A stretch of DNA of 63,339 nt, counting the filler, from Folioceros fuciformis (Eukaryota), in assembly GCA_049999805.1 (NCBI GenBank). It is 5 parts of 4 records of this genome, joined end to end, with 100 filler letters (N's around TTAATTAATTAA, not from the genome) between each part and the next. Parts side by side here need not be neighbours in the genome. Positions count along the whole stretch, not along the records: positions 33,593 to 50,391 come from JBNGIO010006379.1; positions 50,492 to 58,580 come from JBNGIO010006389.1; 3 more parts are not named here. One strand, given 5' to 3'. Under the pieces are notes generated by a model. The model did no database searches. It was not told the origin of the DNA and worked only from the letters and a program-made list of their open reading frames with translations. The position numbers were made by a program, and so were the translations under genes. Below are positions 38,715-50,525 of this stretch, one piece after another. Position 1 is the first letter of the stretch. Every line of letters starts with the position of its first letter.

Positions 38715-41121
38715 GGGCCGCTTTATTCCAAATAACCCATATCGCTCAGATGGTTAGCGCTCCCCTCGAGTAGGACCCGAAGCACACAAAAAGTGCGAGT
38801 GGAGTACCAAATCTGGCATCAATCTCGGCCTGTGCCAAGCAGCAGTAGCCAAGGCGAGTGAGCTCAGTCACGAGTGTGTCTCTCGAGGGCTGTGTCATTC
38901 AGTTCAGATATGTCCCGGCCCTTGCATCAGCAATCTGGGAAGCCACACTTCACCGTTGCAAGCATTTTTCGAAAAGCGATCGGTCCAACCGAAAATGCGT
39001 CTCATCTGTCCGTAGGCTTGTTTTATTCGGTAGCGAGCCCACTGAAATTCGTTTCGTCCCGACTCCATCACAGCCAGCTGCATTGAATGGGGTTGGGCAG
39101 GGCTGGCCCCCACCGACAGCCACCCGCAGCATGGCGTTCTCCCTGTGGGTCCGTGACGCACCAAAGAAAGCGGGAAGGGCGACGGGCTTGGCTCTTTGTT
39201 TGAACGGGAATTAGGCTTGCCCGGTCCCGGTCCCGGTCCCAGTCCCGATCCCTGTCCCGGCTGGGTTGGGGTGACGTCCCCAGCTTCTTCGTCTTCCGGC
39301 ACCGCCTGGGGCAGGGCCTGGCGGTTGGTAGGGGACCCAGCACCGCATGTGCATGCTTGCCGAATAGTGTTTGTGTACTTGGGCTAGCCCATGCTCCATT
39401 CTCCACGTTACTCCCGACAAGCCGTGCTGCCGTGCCTTGGCGAGGCCGGAGGGCGCCGGAAACATGCTTTCACGGGGCCGGGGCCGGGGCCGGGCCAGGG
39501 TCCGGCTCCCGATGGGCCTGTCCCTGGCATGCCTGAGGAACGTGGATGCTAGTGCTCGGGGGCCCGGGCTCGAGACTGGGGATGGATGCGGTTGCCGAGA
39601 TAACGTCGATGAAACGAATTACCTGTCTGCTGTGTGATGCATCGATTTGCACAAGCAAGGGAAAGAAGAAACACTTGGTACTAGAAACGGAACGGGGTGC
39701 GGTCCCGCCGCGTGGAGGGCCAGGGCTAGCTATGGCCAGGAGGGACGGGGCATGGAATATGTTGTACCACCCGTGGTACCGGTACGTGCCCAGACGACGG
39801 GACTGCATAACTGAAACCCATGTCCGTGGGCCTGTGCGGGGCCAGAGGTCCCGGTACCGCTCATGATGGCCTTGCCCCTTGCTTGCCCACCCCGGGCTTC
39901 CTTGCGCTACCCACCCATCGTGGCCGCACAGACCCGTCCCGGCCGCCTCTCACCGGCTGTTGCCACACGATAAGCCTACGCTCTATCGTACTGGGCGCTG
40001 GATCCCGCATTGCATCATCAGCTGCGCATCGGGCGCGGCAGGATTTGTGGGGCGTCTGCCGTTGCTGCGTGATTTTTGTGGGTTCCTTCCGTTGGGTGTT
40101 TGTGGGTTGCTACCGTTGGGGCCAGCCTGGGGCTGGAGCTCTGCCTTGGTTCGTGGCTTCAACTGCTGGCTCAGGACTTGAGTGTTCATGCGTGTGGGTG
40201 TGGATGTGGGTGCGGGTTGTGGTGTGATGGCGCCACTGCTGCAGGCTGCGGGCTGCTTGCAGCAGCTGCGTTGACCTCTAGTGGAGGGTGGAATCAGATG
40301 TGCCGCGTCTGTCTTGTGCTGTGGCGTGGCCGATGCCTTGGTGGGGAGAAGGTTGAAGAAAGAAGGAAACGTCACTGGTTACTGGTATGTTGCGCATGTA
40401 TGGGGGTGTTGAGGAGATGGGAAATGCGTTGGCTCGTGACATGCGTTTTGGTGGGAACGACGAGGACAAACCACCACACCCTCTCCCTTTCTCTTTGCAT
40501 CTGCCTTTCCCTTGGCGAGGGGCTCATGAGCTCTGGACATGGCAGCTGGCCGAGACATGGCAGGAGGAGTGTTAGTGACGTGCGGGACAAGAGGGGGGGG
40601 GGGAGATGTAGAGCCCCGGTTTGTTGTAGGGACTGGTGGGCTTGCTTGGCTCACAATGCCAACCAGGAGATACGTATGCCTGGCCGACTAGGATGTTATG
40701 TATGATGCTGCTTGCGGCTTCCGCTCCCGACGAGTCTCGTCTGTTACAGCTGACACGCAGCATCAGCAACAGCAGCAATGATGCACGAAGTGCGACAAAA
40801 TGACGGGCAACCATGGCGTTCTACCGGTGGGCCGGTTGCCGGGGTGGGCCAAGGTAAGGAAGGAGGACTCGTGCCAAGAGAAGAAAAGGACGGAAGTGGG
40901 GCTGGCAGGCGTTTGCTTGGCTTGGGGTGGAAGCGATGAGGGAGAGAGTCCGATGGTGCGCCCGGCCCGAATGTACTCTACTGCTGCCCAGCTAGGTCTC
41001 GCAGCACCAGCAGCAGCATCATCAGGGAGGAGACAGCATGGTTATGACATGGCGACACCGGGAAAGACGATACACAGCAGGGTGACGACAGAAGTCAGGT
41101 AGGCGGGAAGCAAGGAACGAC

Positions 41122-41176
41122 GGAAGGAAGGAAGGAAGGAAGGAAGGAAGGCAGGCAGGCAGACAGACAGGCAGGC
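41122..41176. repeat. Compound tetranucleotide microsatellite (GGAA)n(GGCA)n(GACA)n
   Basis: Read directly. Confidence 0.9.
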
Positions 41177-44100
41177 TGCCCAAGAGAAACGAACGCAGCG
41201 TGGATATGGATTAAACGAGTGAGTGAGGTATTTGTGGGTCAGAGGGGAACGTGGCCTCTGGCAGTGCAAGTGTGCCCCATCCTCCTCCCCATTCCCTGCC
41301 CCAGGACCCGGCCCAGTTCCGAGGCAGGCACCGAAGACTCGCTATCAGGGTGCGCGCGGGAATCGTTCCGGGACGACTGGACACTTGTTACCAGCAGGCC
41401 ACAGCTGTGGCGCAAGGAAGGCAAAGGCAATGCAAGGCTGCTGTAGCTTGGGCTGTGCTGTGCTGTGCTTTGCTTTGCTGTACAGTTACTACCTCTTGCC
41501 TCTTGGACGTCTTGGTCCTACGGCCCCCCATTTCCTCTCTGCTGCCGGCCAACCATGTGATCCCATCATCCGACATGCCCTCCTTTTGCCCTTCCACCCC
41601 CGCGCTCATCACGATCCAATCCACTGGCCCTGCCTGCCTCCTCCTTCCTTCCGGGGACGAAAGTCCAGTGGTACGTGCTGCCGTGACAATTCACCACAAA
41701 CACTCGACACAAACCCACCACAAACCCAACCAAATCTCACGAAATCCCTCCGTCCCAGACTCCCACCGGATGCGATGTGGTACGTCATGGGCAGCAATGG
41801 GAAGCTTGATTGTTGCATGCGCAGCATTTATAGAAGGCATTGAAGTGCAGGCCGGCCAGTCCCAGGCGGCATGATAAGATGGGGAGGAGAGGCGGGGGAT
41901 GCCGTTCAAGCATGGCCCCATGATGCCAGCCACCCCACGCGGATGGGCATGCGGCTCCGGGAGGGGAATGCACCATGCTTGCCTCTGCCTCTCCATCGGC
42001 TGCCCTGAGACCAGGAGGTGGCGACGCTCACGCTCCCCTCTCCCTCGGCCAGGCTCGTCGAGGCGGGTGAAGTAATTGCTGGAAGCTATCCTGAGGTAAG
42101 AGCCAAACAGGGTAGGCCCGGACCACAAGCCACCGCTCGCTCACCTCCAGTCCTCCACCCCGGGCTCGCTCCCAGTACAGGGGGGTAATCAATCCCGCTG
42201 TCCCTTAAGCACGAGCGATCGCAGACTTTGTCTTCAATTCCCTCCCACCTTCTCCGTCGCACTCCACCACATGCTTTTTATCCCGCTCACCCACAAATTC
42301 TATCCCCCCTCTCTCCCGTTGTCCTTCCTGCCCTTGCACCGCCCCCGATGATGTGTGCACATCCCTCAGACCCACTCACCCACCCAGCTTCTCCTCACTT
42401 TCTTTCCTTCTTTCTTCCTTCGGTGAGGCGTCATGGGCTTGCCATTTCGCGCCTCTCCTATTAATGGCTGATTCCAGACATCTCCTTCCTTACGCTGCGC
42501 AGGTACGCAGCTTTCCTTTCACTCACCCTGGCAATCCGGGCCCGAGTTCCAACATCAAGCCAACCCAGGCTGGTTGTGGAACTGATGAAGCAGGACCCGG
42601 CCCCCTGCCCTCTTCCCCTCTTCCCTCTGCCTTCGCAATCATAGACTGACAGCTGACCCCCGGGGTTCCAACTCCCCCGCTCCCCGCCTGTCCTAGCGTG
42701 CAATGCAATTTGGAGCACGCTGCTGCTGCACTTCTGCCGCTACAGATGTGGCTGTCCAGTCCACTGCAGAGGCTCCACTCCTTCCGAGACAGACCGGGTC
42801 GCCATTACCCGAATCCAAATCGCTTCCATAACCGCGATCTGCGCTTCCCCGCCCACAAAACCAGACTTGCCAGAAACCTCTGAACAAAGAACGCAGTGCG
42901 GATCCGCAGTGCCAGGACATCAGGTCCGGGTCGGGACTCGGGTTTGGATTACTGTAAGCAACATGAATGATACTACACATGATGATCCCGGCCGGGCTGT
43001 GGGCAGTTATTCACCCTGCCCTGCCGCGGGCCGGACGCCCGATGTTTTTTCTTCTTACCGCGGCCGGGAAGAGCTTGAAGAGGAGGTAAAATTGGGTTCA
43101 AACTTGCGCGTCACAGTGGCGCCCTTGCCGGCCTCAACCCTGTTCACACCTGTCAGACTTCCCGCCGTTTTCGTGGCTGGTCAGTCTCTTCTCTCTCTGG
43201 AATGGGGCAGGGCTGGGCTGGACAGGGCCAGGCCGGGCCAGGCAGACAAGAGAGTGGAGACTGAAGCGCCTCGAGATCCAACCCCGCTCGCTTCTCTCTC
43301 GCAGCAGCAGCAAGCTAGAGCTGGAGCTGGAGCTGGAGTCTGCAGATGGGCAGGCTTTGAATCAGCAACGTTGGGTCGGCTTTCCAGCAGCCTGCCCACT
43401 GCCGGGGCCCAGGGCTCAGGACTCCACGCTCCACGCCCCGGCTGCAGAGCAGTTCAAGTCCAGCCCGCGCTGCACAGAGCACTTGCTCTGCCGCCTGCCT
43501 CCCCGCCCGCCCGCTTGCGTTCTTGCTTCAATTCCAAGAGACGGGGTCGGCGGGACCAGGCAAGGCGAGGCTGTTCAAATCCATGTCCGCGCTGCCGCGG
43601 GCCCGAAATTGCGCAGTTCCCACTCTCTGCACCTGCTGCTTGCCTGCCGCTGCCAGCTCCAGCTACGCCTGCCCCGAGTCCGACTGCAATGCCTGCCTTG
43701 GGATGCGCTCCCGGCGCCTGCCACTGCCGGATTCTGATTCCCTCGCCTAATGCTTCATGCGGCGTGGAGCCGTGGTGTGCGTGCACTGCGCTGTCCGGGC
43801 CAGCGGCAGCTCCCTGTTAGGACAGCGGCCGGGGACTGGGACTGGGACCGGGACGGGTGCGCGGAGGAAGGGAGAGCCACCTCTTCTGCGGGATTCCTTC
43901 CTTCTCGACTCGACTCTGCTCTGCCCTGCCCGGATGACTGGGAATTTGAATCCCGAAGGCCCGGCCGGGAGGCAGGTTTAGGAGGAAAATTGTGCCTTCG
44001 CATGGCCGGCTGCTGCTGGTGCTTGCCGTGAGGAGGGAGCGATCTGGACTGGGGTTGCACCCCGCTTGCACTGGCTGTAGGACGTGATTTTGAGGCATAC

Positions 44101-44488
44101 AGCCGGGTGCAAAGCTGCTCGATGTGTGTGTGAAGGTGAGAGAGGTATGGAGGCCGTTCGGGGTGGTGAGGATGAGGTGCTTGCTTCATCGGGATTTGTG
44201 TCTAATTGTACTTCATTGCTTGAACGGAGCGTGTTTCCTTGCGGCGATTGCTAGCGAGGTTGAGTGAGGGTGACGCGATGGTCAAACCTTGTTGCTTGAG
44301 GGTAGAGGTGCACAGCTTTGTGAGGAATTGCTGGGTGCTGCTGCCCTGCCCGTGGCAACTGTTTGTGATTGTTTCGTTCGAGAGTCTCCATGCCTTCCCT
44401 TAATTCGCGGTTGCGCGGAGGTCGGGGTCTGATTAGGTGACACTGTGCAGTCAACACGTTGCGGGGAGATTAAGAAGGTGAGTGAAAG

Positions 44489-47400
44489 ATGGAGAATCGG
44501 AGGAACTGGCCCTGGAGGAAGCGATCGAGCGATAAGCACTCTCACTCCATCGATTCTGAGTCCTCGTCTCTGGCACCGTCTATGGCACCCTCTCCTGCAC
44601 ATTCCCTGAGAGTTTATGACGAGCAGGTTTGGGGCGACCCTCCCGTCTTCTGCTTATCATCCGCCTTTGCTTTGCGTGGCTTGGCTTTGCGCTTGTTGGC
44701 GTTTAGGTGTGAGTTGGTGGAACCCCTCTAACATGGCCTCTCTCAACAGGATGGAGCCAAGTTTGGCGCCGATCCCCCACGGGTTTCCGAGGATGCAGTC
44801 GTGCAATGGCAGCAATCGGAGGAGAGGAACAGGAGTTTGAATGAGAGGCTGGCAGCGGCTCTTGCTGACATTACGGCGAAGGATAACCTTGTGAAGCAGC
44901 ACGCCAAGGTGGCGGAAGAGGCCGTGTCAGGTAAGGACGCACAGCGCCGAAGGTGACGGGCATTAGCATATCGTGTCGCGGTGGACGTGTCCTTCCTGTG
45001 TTTGAGAAGTGCTGTCTAAGAGCGTCCAGTTTTGATTTTGCAGGCTGGGAGAAAGCTGAAGCCGAAGCTGCTGCTTTGAAGCAGCAGTTGGAGTCGGTTC
45101 AACAGCAGAAGCTTGCCACCGAAGATCGGGTTTCGCACCTTGACGGAGCGCTGAAAGAGTGTATGCGACAACTCCGGCATGTGCGGGAGGAGCAAGAGAA
45201 CAAAGTACATGACTCCATTGTGAAGAAAACTCGAGAATTTGAAAAGCAACGGTCAGAGCTTGAGCTCAAGCTATCCGAGGTGGGACGTCAGCTCATTGAA
45301 GGGTCTGCGCAGGTTACGGCCATGTCCGCCGCTCTCCAGGAGAGGGCCAAGACCATCTCCGACCTCGGCGAGGCCAAGAGTCGGGCGGAAGCGGAGAATA
45401 GAGTTCTCCATGTGCGACTCGAGTCTTTGGAGAAGGAGAACGCGAGCCTCAAGTACGAGCTGCATGTTGTGGCCAAGGAGATCGACATTCGAAATGAGGA
45501 GCGAGACATCAGCAAGAAATCGGCTGAAGCTGCCAACAAGAGCCAGCTGGAAAGCGTGAAGAAGATCGCCAAACTGGAGGCTGAGTGCCAGAGGCTGCGA
45601 CTTCTGGTGCGCAAGAGACTTCCTGGCCCGGCAGCTTTAGCGCAGATGAAGTTGGAAGTTGATTCTCTGGGGCGAGAGACGGGGGATCAGCCCAGGAGGA
45701 GGAAGTCATTGGGCGGCAGGAGCCCCCAGTCGCCTGTTGCGCCCGATCACGACGTGGGAGTGGAAAATGGGACGAAGGAGGTGGAAGTCCTCACGGACAG
45801 GCTTTCTTCGCTGGAGGAGGAAAATACCATGCTGAAGGAAGCGTTGTCCAGGAGGAATGGGGAGCTCCAAGCTGCAAGGCTCATGTGCGCCAGGACCGCA
45901 AGCAAACTGTCAAATGCTGAAGACCAGATGGACAGTCTTCGTAGCCCCAATGGCTTGCCCCCTTCTTCTCCGAGCAGCATTCTGGATCACTCGAAGTTGA
46001 TGGCGCCCTCAAGAACGTCGACTGTCATTGATAGGGCAAGTAGTCGTGCCTCCAACTCTGGAGAGAGTGCCACCGAGGAGGAGCTCAACACTGCTGACGC
46101 ATGGGCTTCAGCTCTCATCGCCGAGCTTGCTCAGTTCAAGAAGGGTAGTGCCAAAAAGGAGAAGGGGCTCGGGTCTGTTAGTTCCATCAACTTTGACCTC
46201 ATGGATGACTTCGCTGAGATGGAAAGGCTAGCTATGGCTGGCGGGAAGGATAGGGAGGAGGTGGCCGAGTCGGAAGCTGTCAGTGACAAGAACGGTTGTG
46301 CACCCAGCGAGTCCAGTGTGGCCGTAAATGGTGGTGAAAAGACTGCTCTAGAGGAAGCACTCTCCAAGCGTGGCCTTGAGCTTCAGCAAGCTAACCAGTT
46401 GTGTAGGGAATTGAGCGGAAAGTTGACTGTGGCCGAGGAGCAGCTTGCCTCCTTGCAGACCCGGAATGCGGCTAATGAGAAACAGATCATTTGTCTTCAG
46501 GAGAGACTAGATATCATTTTTGAGGCTCAGGCGGATGGCGCGAACATGGCTCAGGTGTTGCATGAAGTCCGCCAGGCAGCTGCTGGAGACGGTAATGCGA
46601 AGGGTTTTGGCATCGTTCTCAAAGAGGGCCCAGCGGGAACCAGGAGAGAACTGGGGTACTGGGCCCATAATTCAGTATTTGAGGATGGAGGCAAGATTGG
46701 AATTGAGCTGGCACTGGCTGTCCGGAAGATTGCAAGTCTTGTTGAATCACTCTCAGAGGCAACAGGGGCGGAACACGAGATTCTTCCCCAGCATACTAGT
46801 TCTGCTGATCCTTCATCTCCTTATGAGGCTCTCCGGCCTAGCAAAACCTGGGCCAACGCTCAGTTGAACTCGTGCATAGTATCTTTCTTTGCCGAGGCAA
46901 ACAATCTACTGGAGGGCAGGTCAGATCTTACCGCGCTCCTTTCACGCCTAGCAGCAGCCCTTGCAGGGATAGTAGATCATGGCCTAAGGGCAACGCTAGA
47001 GAAGAAGTGGGGCAATGATTTTCCTGAAGCTGACAACAAGGTGAGTTACCACCAGCGCACATTCTATGTTCTCCCTCACGAGCTGAATGTCTTTAACCAA
47101 CCGGCACCAGACCGTAATTTTTTTCGGATGGTAACATTTAATTTTTTGTTTTTTGTGTCCGATTTTTTTTCTGTCAATGCAGCTCGTCTCCAGGTTGGAG
47201 GAGGACCTTCGCAACTTGCGGTTGGAGAAGGCCGCACTAGAGTCTCACATGCGTGCAGAGTTGGGCAGGCTCCCCAGTTTGGAAGCCGAAGTCTCCCAGC
47301 TGAAAGTGGAAAGGGAAGATATGGAGAGATGCCTTGATGAAACAACCGAAAATGCAGAAAGGCTAAAGGCTCAGGTTCAGGAGGCTGAGCGCCTCCTCGC

Positions 47401-48673
47401 TCAAAGAGAGGACAAACAAGTAACAGAAGATGAACTCCTTGAAGATGAGCTGATGACACTGTCAGCCTCTAAAGCTGATATCCTAGAAAACCGAGTGAAG
47501 GCAGCTGACGTCGAGATGGCAAGACTTCACGACAAAGTAGCGGCATTGGAAGTGGAGCTTCAGGGCGAGAGGATGAGGCACCAAGAAGTGATGGCCAAGT
47601 TCCAGGAGATTCAAGAGCACCTTCACGGGTAAATTGGCATATTGGCTCTTCCTTGAAGAATTTTTTGTGTTTGAATGTTGCCCCTGGCCTGAATTCACCC
47701 GAATACTTGCAGAAACGGGTCCATGAGTGACAGTTCTTCTCGGCGTCCACGAGATATTGAACGTGCAAATCAACGAAGGGCAGAGGAAGAGGAGGCCAAA
47801 GCAAGAAAGGTATAAGTCACCGGAAGTGCTTTCGGATATTGACTCCTTAGTAGTCACTGGTTGTCAGGCTGTCTTCTAATCACACTCGACCCGGTGCAGG
47901 ACCGAGAAATCGCTGCTGCTGCCCAGCAGCTAGCCGAATGCCAGCGAACTATCTTGATGCTTGGAAAGCAGCTAAAGACCTTGTCATCGCCTCATAATTC
48001 TGTGGACCCAACTTCCTTCGAATCATCTTCTGATTCAGCCTCGTCGTTAGAGAAGGTGACTAACACTATGGAGCTGCTTCGGTCACAAGCAGAGGATGTG
48101 CAGTCGTCTAGTGGCAATGTGGACAGTCTTTGCAGAGATTCCTCGGCTCGTGTTGTTGGGGCTTCCGGCACGCGGGAGAAAGTGAATGGGACGGAAATTC
48201 CGTGGAACCATTGCCACAGTCCGCAAGGCAGCTCTGTCTCCACCGGAAGTTATGGCTCAGAGGCTGACAGCAAAGCTGGGCAGAACGGAAGTGTACGCGA
48301 GGGACACCATGCAGGTCCTCAGTCCCAGTATGGGACACCACGGGGTAAAGTTCCGGATTCTCCAGTGGCGAGAGAAAACGGGCATCACGGCAGAGGGCGC
48401 AGTTTCGGTCATCTTTTCACTCCAGAGAGGGCTCCTTCTTCTGTACCCAGCTCTCCGTCACCATCGGATTCAGCTTATATGAGTTCTCCAGCCAGGTCAC
48501 CAGCAACGGTATTGCCTTCCAAACTGAGGATGGCAGGCCCTAATGGACTTAACTTGTCCAAAAGCCTGGATGCTGTCGACAACGGGCACGATCAGCGCAG
48601 TGGTGGCAGCAGCGGGTCATCAACTTTCAGCCGTTTCTACTCTCGGATGAGAAGCACTGGCAGTTCGAGCTAG
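44489..48673 (+). CDS. Filament-like plant protein (FPP/DUF869 coiled coil); exons 44489-44626, 44750-44930, 45044-47040, 47183-47628, 47713-47809, 47900-48673
   Basis: RRNWPWRKRS; LVKQHAKVAEEAVSGWEKAE; HLDGALKECMRQLR; KKIAKLEAECQRLRLLVRKRLPGPAALAQMK; LMDDFAEMERLA; LAECQRTILMLGKQLK. Confidence 0.93.
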
Positions 48674-49536
48674 TACTCAACGTTTGCTGAGCGTATTTGT
48701 TGTTCTGCTTATGTTTGACATGGAAGGACGTCCTTGCAGCAAGTGGACAAGCTTGCTTCCATTATGGGATTAATGCAGGTTTGCATCTTGGGTCAAGTAC
48801 CTGAGCGAGGGACTCACTGCTTAATGAGATGACAGATAGATTTCCTCTAGAGACGGTATATGGTTGTTTGCCATGCTCAAGAAAGTCTGTTGCCGAATGC
48901 AGAGCATGAAGTTTTCGAAGTCACATGACAGTGGTTGACCAGGCTGATTCCAAGATTTGACTGGATATGTATCAAGCTGAGAGAAGCTGGGGTGTGGCCC
49001 TGGTATGTCAGGGTTATCTTATGGACATCAGCGTCACCAAGCATCAGATTTTCAGGCAGCGTCAAAGGTTGGAGGTTCTGTGCACATGGTCTCTGGTGTA
49101 AGGGTGATCACATGCCTTGATCCCATACCTTTGTCAGTAACAGCTCAGCCTCTCGTATTCTTCTTTGCTGCAGCTTGTGGGCCTTGCTTGTGCAGCAGCA
49201 GCCTTACGACAAGAAACATGTGTACAACCTTTTAAGTTATGCAGCGGCAAGTTGGCCCCGTACTCGCTTTTTCCAAGGTGGAGCCCATGGAGAAAGGAGC
49301 TCGTTTATGTACCTTTATTTTAGATCCTTTAGGCTTTTCCCTAGAAAAATGTCAGGGTGTAAGATGTCTGTCAAATCAACTAAAGAAGCTTGAGAGGGTT
49401 TTGGCCAACAAGGCAACAAACCTGCGCGTGCTACTAACCACTGTCGACCGGACATTTTGATCACGGAAGTCACGAAGTAATGTACAAAGGGCGAGCGTCC
49501 TTTCGCGCGGTCTCCCAGCCCTGTGCCGATATTTTG

Positions 49537-50391
49537 TCACGACAGACAGGCCCAACCTGATTGCCCTGTCTGCTCCTCGATTCTGCGAGCCCTCCTCCAC
49601 TCATCCTGGAAGAAACGAAAAATGCTGGCGCACAGAGGCAGCATGACGAAAGGAACACAAAGTCCCAACCCCAGGACTGTGGTAATTATCATATCCGCCT
49701 GAAACCTGAGTGGCGGGGGCAGATCAGCAAAACCCGCGGCCGCGAAGCCGGCCACCACCAACGCCACAGCCACAAGCAGACTCGCGGATGTCCGGGTAAT
49801 TAATCTCCGCAGCATCTCCACCTCGTCCCCAACAAACGCCACCGCCTTGGGCAACATAATCTGAATCCCCGACAGCAGCGTGAAGATGGCGAAGTAGAAG
49901 CTCAAGTTGTTGAAGATCCAGAAAATCCGAACAGCAGGGTAGTGCTCCACCGCCGCGAAGGTCTCGAACACATCCGGCGGAGCCAGCAGGTCCTGATCCC
50001 GCCTAGGATACTGATAATAAGGCACCGCCCCGAGCGGCGGTTGTAGCCAGCTCCCGAATGTGCATCCCGCAACAAGAGCTCCCCCGATCAACAAGGCGTT
50101 GGCGGCGTTCCGATACACACTCCTGTCGTGCTGCAGACTTCGCACCTCCAACCTCACGTCCTCCCGCCGCATCAAAATCTCCTTCACATCCTCCGCTCCG
50201 TCCCCATCCCTCTCCCACACCATGCGAAGCACGGTCCGGTCCTTGGCATCCTTGGCATTCGCCCGCAACCTCCCCTGCCCGCAGAGCTCCTTCACCACCT
50301 CCACCCGCTCCGCCTGCACCGCCATGTGCAGCGGCGTCTGGCCGGGAAACCTCCCCCCGGCCCCGGCGTTGAGATTCACCCTCACATCCTT
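49537..50391 (-). CDS. Ankyrin-repeat plus PGG transmembrane domain protein (ACD6-like class), 5'-truncated
   Basis: GQTPLHMAV...VVKEL; ANALLIGGALVAGCTFGSWLQPPLG; FWIFNNLSFYFAI; further hydrophobic helices. Confidence 0.88.
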   Translation of the reverse strand, partial: KDVRVNLNAGAGGRFPGQTPLHMAVQAERVEVVKELCGQGRLRANAKDAKDRTVLRMVWERDGDGAEDVKEILMRREDVRLEVRSLQHDRSVYRNAANALLIGGALVAGCTFGSWLQPPLGAVPYYQYPRRDQDLLAPPDVFETFAAVEHYPAVRIFWIFNNLSFYFAIFTLLSGIQIMLPKAVAFVGDEVEMLRRLITRTSASLLVAVALVVAGFAAAGFADLPPPLRFQADMIITTVLGLGLCVPFVMLPLCASIFRFFQDEWRRARRIEEQTGQSGWACLS

Positions 50392-50491
50392 NNNNNNNNN
50401 NNNNNNNNNNNNNNNNNNNNNNNNNNNNNNNNNNNTTAATTAATTAANNNNNNNNNNNNNNNNNNNNNNNNNNNNNNNNNNNNNNNNNNNN
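50392..50491. other. Artificial contig spacer
   Basis: N run with TTAATTAATTAA. Confidence 0.97.
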
Positions 50492-50525
50492 TCAGGCTAG
50501 TTGTACCCTTTTGAGTGTGTAGCTT

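Noticed and set aside
38738-38790. tRNA-like A-box (tcgctcagatggttagcgc)
   Set aside because: No B-box/T-arm or acceptor stem.
42867-43820. 317-aa ORF and many other ORFs at 38.8-44.4 kb and 56.3-57.3 kb
   Set aside because: GC-rich low-complexity sequence open in several frames; no recognisable domains.
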